Positions 58,301-64,000 of a stretch of 64,000 nt of DNA are shown in pieces. A model generated the notes under the pieces. That model was not told the origin of the DNA. It did not search any database and saw only the letters and a list, made by a program, of their open reading frames with translations. The stretch's first letter is position 1, and every line of letters starts with the position of its first letter. A program made the position numbers and the translations under genes. Source of the stretch: a virus; IMG/VR virus record IMGVR_UViG_3300050014_001197, positions 64,001-128,000 of that record; one strand, 5' to 3'.

Positions 58301-59020
58301 TTATACTTTATTTATCTTTTCTTTAAATCTTATTATTTCTTTGTCTGTTAATTCCTCTTGAGCTTTGTGATGATTAATTAAAAAATCTAAAATTGGTTTC
58401 CAAGCTTCTATTTGAGGACCCATTATTCCTACTTTACTTAATTTAGAAGCAACTAATTGTATGGATCTTTTAATCTTAACTCTTGGATCTTTTATTAATT
58501 CTTTTATAATAGCAATATATTGATTAGAAGCAGCTTCTAAAATAATATAATTGTCATTTAAAACTGTATTAGAATTCCTATCCAAGGATTCTTTACTATC
58601 GGCTGGATTAACTCTCGGATCCTCCATAAGTCTCTTAACAACTTCCAATTGATTATTTTTAACAGCTTGATATAAAGCTTCATTATGATTATCAGCAGGA
58701 TTTACCCTATCATCTTTTAAAAGAGCATCTACAGCTTCAACTGATCCTTTCATAGCAGCAATAGCAACAACAGCATTTTTTCGATATGCTGGATTAGCTG
58801 AAGGATCTGAAAGAAGAAGTTTAATAATATCGGCTCTTCCCATTAAAGCTGCTTTATAAAGAACTTCATTTTTATTTGCAGGATCTAATATCTGATGCCT
58901 TTGTTGAGGAATATTGCTTACTTCTTTTACAAAATCGCCAATAAGTTTTTCTCTGCCAATACCTATTTCGGCTTTGACATCACCCCCTCTTGTAAATCCT
59001 AAGGATTCTCTAACTATCAT
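58301..59020 (-). CDS. Leader-motif family ankyrin-repeat protein
   Basis: MIVRESLGFTRGGDVKAEIGIGRE, then ankyrin repeats (ALYQAVKNNQLEVVKRLMEDPRVNPAD...). Confidence 0.55.
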   Translation of the reverse strand: MIVRESLGFTRGGDVKAEIGIGREKLIGDFVKEVSNIPQQRHQILDPANKNEVLYKAALMGRADIIKLLLSDPSANPAYRKNAVVAIAAMKGSVEAVDALLKDDRVNPADNHNEALYQAVKNNQLEVVKRLMEDPRVNPADSKESLDRNSNTVLNDNYIILEAASNQYIAIIKELIKDPRVKIKRSIQLVASKLSKVGIMGPQIEAWKPILDFLINHHKAQEELTDKEIIRFKEKINKV

Positions 59021-59943
59021 AACTCCCCCGCTCCTTTGTAACTATTGAATTTTTTTATAGAAGATTCCTTCATATTAAAAATATTATCTCTAACCCTTTG
59101 ATTAGTTAAAAGTAATTGACACATTTTTATATTTTCATTAGACAAAGCAGCAGCTAAAGCCCAATTTGCTTTGCTTGCTGGATTTACTCTTTTATCATTT
59201 AATAGTAATTTTACAACCTCTAAATGCCCTTCTTTTGCTGCTCTTCTAATACAGAAATTTGTTTCGTCACTTTTATATCTTTTACCACTTTTTGTATTAT
59301 CGCCTGGGTTAACTATTGGGCTTGCTAATAATAATTTTACCAATTCTGCATCTCCTTGTTGACAAGCATTTTGAATAGGTTCGTTATAAGTATGATTCAA
59401 GTTTGTTGCTCCATTTTCAATCCCCCATATTTCTAATTCTCTTTCCCCTCGAGTGGATCCTAAAAGAAAAGCTTTATTTGCTCCAAGTTTTTTTGTTTCT
59501 TCAAGTGTTCTCTTTGAATCATACTGACGAAATTCATTAAAGGTAAAATCGTTTATCCATTTTGGATTACTCCATATATCTTCTGCTCTTCCTAAAACAA
59601 AAAATAAGTTTACCCAGAATCCAGCGTGATGCTCTAATTTATTTGGATTAAATGTTAAAACTTTATCCATAATTTCTTTTAGAATTTCACGAATAACAGA
59701 ATTTTTATTTTTATGCTCTTCAGCATATAATCTTAGAAATTTCTTTGTATCAATTCCATATAAATTATTTTCAGTTAACTGAGATAGAGATTGTGGGATT
59801 AAATCTTTATCTTTTACCGGATCCCAAGCAAATTCATTCCTTATTTTCTCTATAATTTGAAGAAAGAGTCCTGCTTTTCCTATTCTCATTGTTTCAATAG
59901 GATTTCCGCTTCGAGTGAAATTAATACTTTCCCTAACAATCAT
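59017..59943 (-). CDS. Leader-motif family ankyrin-repeat protein
   Basis: MIVRESINFTRSGNPIETMRIGKA, with C-terminal ankyrin repeats (IRRAAKEGHLEVVKLLLNDKRVNPAS). Confidence 0.55.
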   Translation of the reverse strand: MIVRESINFTRSGNPIETMRIGKAGLFLQIIEKIRNEFAWDPVKDKDLIPQSLSQLTENNLYGIDTKKFLRLYAEEHKNKNSVIREILKEIMDKVLTFNPNKLEHHAGFWVNLFFVLGRAEDIWSNPKWINDFTFNEFRQYDSKRTLEETKKLGANKAFLLGSTRGERELEIWGIENGATNLNHTYNEPIQNACQQGDAELVKLLLASPIVNPGDNTKSGKRYKSDETNFCIRRAAKEGHLEVVKLLLNDKRVNPASKANWALAAALSNENIKMCQLLLTNQRVRDNIFNMKESSIKKFNSYKGAGEL

Positions 59944-61700
59944 TATCCTAAATTAATTTGTTTACCAAATGGCTGTTTCCATCCTGGATTACCATAAATT
60001 ATCCAAATAAATTTATGAGCATAAGGTGGTTTCTTTGGATTAGGAGCACCCCCATCAGTCATAAATACCAATAGGGAAACTCGGTCTTTTAAATGTTCAT
60101 GAACCCAATCAAGAGCTTTCTGGAAGTCTGTTCCCCCTCCCCCGCTAATTCCTTTAGGAATATAAGGTTTTCCCATTCTTTTAATAGTTTGAACACTCTT
60201 ATCGTCAACCCCATCATCAAAGAAAGCAATAGTTATTTTGTTTACTCTTTTTGAAAAGATAATTTGATTTATTTCATTAATAATTTTATTAAGAGCTTCT
60301 TGACCCATAGATCCGGAAACGTCAACTAAGACGACTATATTTTCCATAGCATCTTGCTTATGCTTTTCTCCATAACGAAGATATTCTCCGCCTAGATGTT
60401 TTTTATTTCCAATTTTTTGATAAACCTCAGGGGAAAGTGCTGTCGCAACATATCTTCTAAAAAGATTTTTCCAGTTAACATCCCCTCTATGGAGACGATA
60501 AAGAGCTTTTACAAGGGATTCTCCCTTTCCCCGCCCTCTTCCTTTTTGTCCCTTTTCAGCACGGTCAAGCATCTTAGATCCTTCAACTCTCCATTTATCG
60601 GTTGGATTTTCATCAGGACCCATTTCTCCTTCACCGTATCCGCTAGCTTTAGCAATTTTCTTTCCCATTTCAGGAGAAATAATGCCGCCAGTTCCTGCAG
60701 GATCAAATTCTCCAGTTTGATCTAATGTTTCATCATATCCTTCATCACCAGCTCCCCCTACACCGCCACTATTATCTCCTTCACCTCCGCCTTCTCCTCC
60801 TTCACCTTCTCCTTCACCATCTCCCCCATCACTAATAGAAATTAATTCTTCTTGTTTATATCCTTCATTAATTAATCTAGGATAAATAAAAGCTTCATTA
60901 AGGGGATTTACTTCAAAAGTTCCATCTGCGTTAACAGCTGTAACAATTCCCTTTTGACCTGTAGCTTTAATTTTAACTTTGGAACCAACCGCTAAAGGCT
61001 GTTTTCCTCCCCCTTTTCCTTTTCCCCCTGGTTGTCCTTGACCTCCAGCTCCCCCGCCAGATCCTCCTTCTCCTTGATTTTGTCCTTGATTATTCTTTGA
61101 AGCTGGATTAGGTGGCATTTTGGGAATTGTTTTCTTAAGTTCGTCATAAATAACTTCAACGGGTATATTAAGCCACTTAGCATCATAAAGACCTCCAAGT
61201 TTTTTAACAAATTCTTCATCAAAATCATTTAAAGTATCAACGATAATATCATTTATTTCATAATCCCCTGCAATATTAAAAAGAGAAGCAGGTTTGCCGT
61301 CTGAAGTTTGAACTATAGCATTTCTAGTTTTCATTCTATCCATATGAAGAAGTACGCAATGCATAATCTCATGAACAAGAACAAATATTATTTGATTCCA
61401 GCTTAATTTATTAGCAAAGCTAGGATTAACAAAGAGACGAGTTCCATCAGTTGCCATAGTAGGAACTAACCATGTATAAATTGGAGTAAACTTATGAACA
61501 TAAGGAGCAAATAATTGGCTTTGAGAAACGATAGCAGTTTTAGCACTATCCATTTCGGTCTTTAAATGTCTCATGTCTATTTTAGTTCCATCTTTAGCAA
61601 ACACGTATCCATAATCCTCTATTTTAGCGGATTTCGGAATTTCTAATCCTCCCTTTGCTTCAGATATAAAATTTCTTAATTTAGGATAAAATTCTTTCAT
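59943..61700 (-). CDS. VWA-domain protein with an N-terminal HExxH metallopeptidase-like domain (DUF2201/CoxE-like partner of MoxR ATPases)
   Basis: VHEIMHCVLLH (HExxH), MIDAS motif VLVDVSGSMG, and two Gly-rich linkers. Confidence 0.55.
   Translation of the reverse strand: MKEFYPKLRNFISEAKGGLEIPKSAKIEDYGYVFAKDGTKIDMRHLKTEMDSAKTAIVSQSQLFAPYVHKFTPIYTWLVPTMATDGTRLFVNPSFANKLSWNQIIFVLVHEIMHCVLLHMDRMKTRNAIVQTSDGKPASLFNIAGDYEINDIIVDTLNDFDEEFVKKLGGLYDAKWLNIPVEVIYDELKKTIPKMPPNPASKNNQGQNQGEGGSGGGAGGQGQPGGKGKGGGKQPLAVGSKVKIKATGQKGIVTAVNADGTFEVNPLNEAFIYPRLINEGYKQEELISISDGGDGEGEGEGGEGGGEGDNSGGVGGAGDEGYDETLDQTGEFDPAGTGGIISPEMGKKIAKASGYGEGEMGPDENPTDKWRVEGSKMLDRAEKGQKGRGRGKGESLVKALYRLHRGDVNWKNLFRRYVATALSPEVYQKIGNKKHLGGEYLRYGEKHKQDAMENIVVLVDVSGSMGQEALNKIINEINQIIFSKRVNKITIAFFDDGVDDKSVQTIKRMGKPYIPKGISGGGGTDFQKALDWVHEHLKDRVSLLVFMTDGGAPNPKKPPYAHKFIWIIYGNPGWKQPFGKQINLG
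60745..60835. repeat. Low-complexity Gly/Glu-rich coding segment
   Basis: GGDGEGEGEGGEGGGEGDNSGGVGGAG. Confidence 0.5.
61005..61095. repeat. Low-complexity Gly/Gln-rich coding segment
   Basis: GQNQGEGGSGGGAGGQGQPGGKGKGGGK. Confidence 0.5.
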
Positions 61701-61720
61701 ATTTTTTATATTTTAATATT

Positions 61721-63694
61721 TTAATTCCAAATTGTTCCTTTTACTTTAACCCTTTTCCTAATCTCTGATTCTTTCCATTTTTTAGCTCCTGGTTGAGCTG
61801 AGTAAATACTAAAATCTCCATCTACTTCTTTTGGAAATCCTCTCAGATTTGTGAAAATATTATGAGCTACATAGAAACCTCCATATATTTTATTAAAATG
61901 AATAAAATAAGGGAAATTATTTATATGAGCTCCTACAAGATTTATATCTTCTAATACATCAATAGTTCCATCTTTATTTATTCTATATTCTATATAATGC
62001 TCATTAATTTCATCCTGATATATTCCATAGGACTTAAACCAATTTATTATTTGAGCATGAAATCCTAAATCCATAGCTTCCATAGGATCTTCGTTTCTTT
62101 GAAAATCCATAGATTCCTTTATCATATTATCATCAGACCAAATTATTCCGGATTTTACTTTACAAACTTTTATAACATCTTTTCGAGTAAAATGCCCGGG
62201 ATTCCCTTGACAAAGAAAATTTCCATCTATTCTTTTTGGCGCAAATTCTAAAGAGCTAAGTTGATTACCAAAGCATTTGAAATTCCCTTTAAGATCGGGA
62301 GTTTCAAGAACCTGTGTAGGACAACCTCTTAAAGTTTTTAAATTATTATCTGAAATATCAAAACCTCCACAAACTTTTCCAAATTGAATATACGGAGGAA
62401 GTTCTTCTATATCTTTATTTCTTAAAGAAACTACTAAATTAATTTCCGAAGGAATGTTTATAATAAGATCCTTGTCGATAATTGCATCCTCGTATAAATC
62501 TTGTTCCTTTAACCAAGTTTCGATAAGAGCTTTTTTACCGATGCCCATTGAACTTTTAGGCTCTATTCCTCTTTCAAAATTCAAAGATTCCTTAATCGGA
62601 TGTTTATCTAAATAAGCTTTTACCTCTTCTACAGCTTCTTTTGGAGTTTTATAATAATCAGATCTATAATCTGGAGCCATTGCAATGTATTTTTTTCCAT
62701 CTCCATCCCCGTCGCTTTTAGTTTTCATTATTAGGATGGGTTCTCCTCGAAATTTTTTGATTAATCCTAAAATATTAAAATTTTGATGAATAAGATCCTG
62801 AGGTAATTCCCATATAGTTTCTTCAATAATTTTTCTAGTAAGAACTTTATCTCCTATTTCCATAGCTTCTTTAGGATCTATTCCTCTTTCGAAATTCTGA
62901 ACTTCATTCATGCTTCTTGGGAGTAATTTGAATTTTTCTCTAAATTGTTTAGGAGTTCCTGCAAGATATCCAAATCTATCTTGTTCATTTTTTCCATTAT
63001 AATCTTCCATACTAGAAAAATAAATATATCGAAGAACCCATTCTTTTGTAGAAGCATTATCTAATTCTCGAACTTTTAAAATAGTTCCACCCGGGAAATA
63101 ACCATGAGCGTGCGATTCCGAAATTCTATCGTTTTTTATTCCTACCCCTTTTGGCACGTATATTATATCACCCTCTTGTAAAGTTTCCCATGTGGGTATT
63201 CCAATTTCCATAGCTTTTTTAGGATCCTGACCTCTTTGAAAATTAATACTTTCTTTAATAGATTCATTTTTTATATTTTCATATATTCTCATGACAGCCA
63301 AAATGATAGAACCATTTTCAAGTTCCTCCTCATATTTTTCAAAAACATCAGAATCTACTAGTTTTCTTGATTTTATAGATATTAAAGCACAATCTTTTTT
63401 CCCATGATATTTATCTGAATGAAATGGTTCAAAACTATAATAAGAAATAAATCTAATATAATCGCCATCAGATAAATTTATATAAAGTTCCGCATTGGTT
63501 TCATCAGTACTTCCTTCAATAGATAAAATTTTTACATCTCCATAGTGCCATTTTTTAGCTTTAGTTTTTTCTGACTCTTCCCATCCTTCAAGATCTCCAG
63601 AGAATTCAACATCAAAATGGAACATACCAATATCCATGGCAGTCATAGGATCCATTCCCCTCTCAAAGTTAATATTTTCGCTAACTAATTTCAT
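61721..63694 (-). CDS. Leader-motif family protein with five motif-initiated modules and LRR-like GCP repeats
   Basis: MKLVSENINFERGMDPMTAMDIGM; ESINFQRGQDPKKAMEIGIP; VQNFERGIDPKEAMEIGDK; ESLNFERGIEPKSSMGIGKK; ESMDFQRNEDPMEAMDLGF. Also L-K-T-L-R-G-C-P-T-Q-V and N-L-R-G-F-P-K-E-V-D-G-D-F repeats. Confidence 0.6.
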   Translation of the reverse strand: MKLVSENINFERGMDPMTAMDIGMFHFDVEFSGDLEGWEESEKTKAKKWHYGDVKILSIEGSTDETNAELYINLSDGDYIRFISYYSFEPFHSDKYHGKKDCALISIKSRKLVDSDVFEKYEEELENGSIILAVMRIYENIKNESIKESINFQRGQDPKKAMEIGIPTWETLQEGDIIYVPKGVGIKNDRISESHAHGYFPGGTILKVRELDNASTKEWVLRYIYFSSMEDYNGKNEQDRFGYLAGTPKQFREKFKLLPRSMNEVQNFERGIDPKEAMEIGDKVLTRKIIEETIWELPQDLIHQNFNILGLIKKFRGEPILIMKTKSDGDGDGKKYIAMAPDYRSDYYKTPKEAVEEVKAYLDKHPIKESLNFERGIEPKSSMGIGKKALIETWLKEQDLYEDAIIDKDLIINIPSEINLVVSLRNKDIEELPPYIQFGKVCGGFDISDNNLKTLRGCPTQVLETPDLKGNFKCFGNQLSSLEFAPKRIDGNFLCQGNPGHFTRKDVIKVCKVKSGIIWSDDNMIKESMDFQRNEDPMEAMDLGFHAQIINWFKSYGIYQDEINEHYIEYRINKDGTIDVLEDINLVGAHINNFPYFIHFNKIYGGFYVAHNIFTNLRGFPKEVDGDFSIYSAQPGAKKWKESEIRKRVKVKGTIWN

Positions 63695-63990
63695 ACATCC
63701 GAATCATCTGCTTCTACATCACCAACGACGTTACATTTTTGTCTAATATCGTGTTCCGTAAATCTCTTTTCATTTCCCATCACATAAGCATTCCTAACTA
63801 TTTTTCTAGGAAATCCTTCTAGAGAAGTTATTTTATTCATTTGGCAAGAAAAATATCCTATAACAAAAAGAGGAAATCTTTCTAAAGAAACTATACCACA
63901 ATCATCAACATCAAAATCTTTTGTAGATTTAAATTCGATATATTCTGGTAACTTACCATCTGGAAATAAATCTGGTCTTTGCTGATTCAT
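63691..63990 (-). CDS. Small LRR-like (GFP/GCP repeat) protein
   Basis: ITSLEGFPRKIVRNAYVMGNEKRFTEHDIRQKCNVVG parallels the C-termini of 56203..56646 and 61721..63694. Confidence 0.4.
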   Translation of the reverse strand: MNQQRPDLFPDGKLPEYIEFKSTKDFDVDDCGIVSLERFPLFVIGYFSCQMNKITSLEGFPRKIVRNAYVMGNEKRFTEHDIRQKCNVVGDVEADDSDV

Positions 63991-64000
63991 TGTAAATGGT

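Noticed and set aside
1-64000. A eukaryotic giant-virus (Mimiviridae or Phycodnaviridae-like) origin, suggested by low GC, a SET domain, ankyrin repeats, GT25 and fucosyltransferase genes and an asparagine-synthetase homologue.
   Set aside because: The window encodes unmistakable tailed-phage hallmarks: a T4 gp23-like capsid protein, a gp25-like baseplate wedge protein next to a gp6-sized gene, a gpV OB-fold hub and a T4-lysozyme-type GH24 enzyme. It has compact operons with 4-nt start/stop overlaps and intrinsic terminators.
1-64000. CRISPR arrays, integrase/attachment sites or transposases.
   Set aside because: No direct-repeat/spacer architecture. No tyrosine or serine recombinase or transposase motifs seen. 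The repeated 25-30-mers are in-frame coding repeats of the leader motif, not CRISPR repeats.

Overview
AT-rich (~30% GC), densely coded window from a large T4-like contractile-tailed phage (jumbo myovirus). It is not a eukaryotic giant virus: the first ORF is a clear T4 gp23-like major capsid protein (its C-terminal part is at the window edge), and there is a T4 gp25-like baseplate wedge protein with a gp6-like neighbour, a gpV/gp5-like OB-fold hub protein, a GH24 lysozyme and very large tail/baseplate proteins. Start codons almost never have a Shine-Dalgarno sequence, which fits a Bacteroidota-type host (inference).

The window holds three accessory systems.
(1) 1.9-10.5 kb, minus strand: a glycosylation island with a GT10 alpha-1,3-fucosyltransferase-like protein, a GT11-like fucosyltransferase, two GT25 enzymes, further DxD glycosyltransferases, three class-I SAM methyltransferases and a PspC-domain membrane protein.
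(2) 17-23 kb: a candidate DNA-hypermodification module. It has a thymidylate-synthase/pyrimidine-hydroxymethylase homologue, a P-loop dNMP-kinase domain fused to a UDG-superfamily domain, a ParB-N6/N4 DNA methyltransferase and an asparagine-synthetase-like amidotransferase.
(3) Most striking: at least 24 copies of a conserved ~22-aa peptide, consensus M-I-V-[RK]-E-S-[LI]-N-F-E-R-G-x-[DE]-P-K-x-[SA]-M-x-I-G. It sits exactly at the N-terminus of many otherwise unrelated proteins (ankyrin, LRR-like and unknown domains) and at the start of internally repeated ~110-aa modules, in at least 17 ORFs. These are concentrated at 35.5-45.1 kb and 53.6-64 kb, and the second block has a MoxR-type AAA+ ATPase and a VWA/HExxH-metallopeptidase protein embedded in it. 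I interpret this as a family of leader-tagged virion-packaged (ejected/effector-like) proteins, or a new repeat domain, with a possible dedicated ATPase/protease.

Other features: a SET-domain lysine methyltransferase next to extremely acidic and lysine-rich low-complexity proteins, several clean rho-independent terminators, TATAAATA late-promoter-like motifs, and a GC-richer ~190 nt intergenic element that may be a small RNA.
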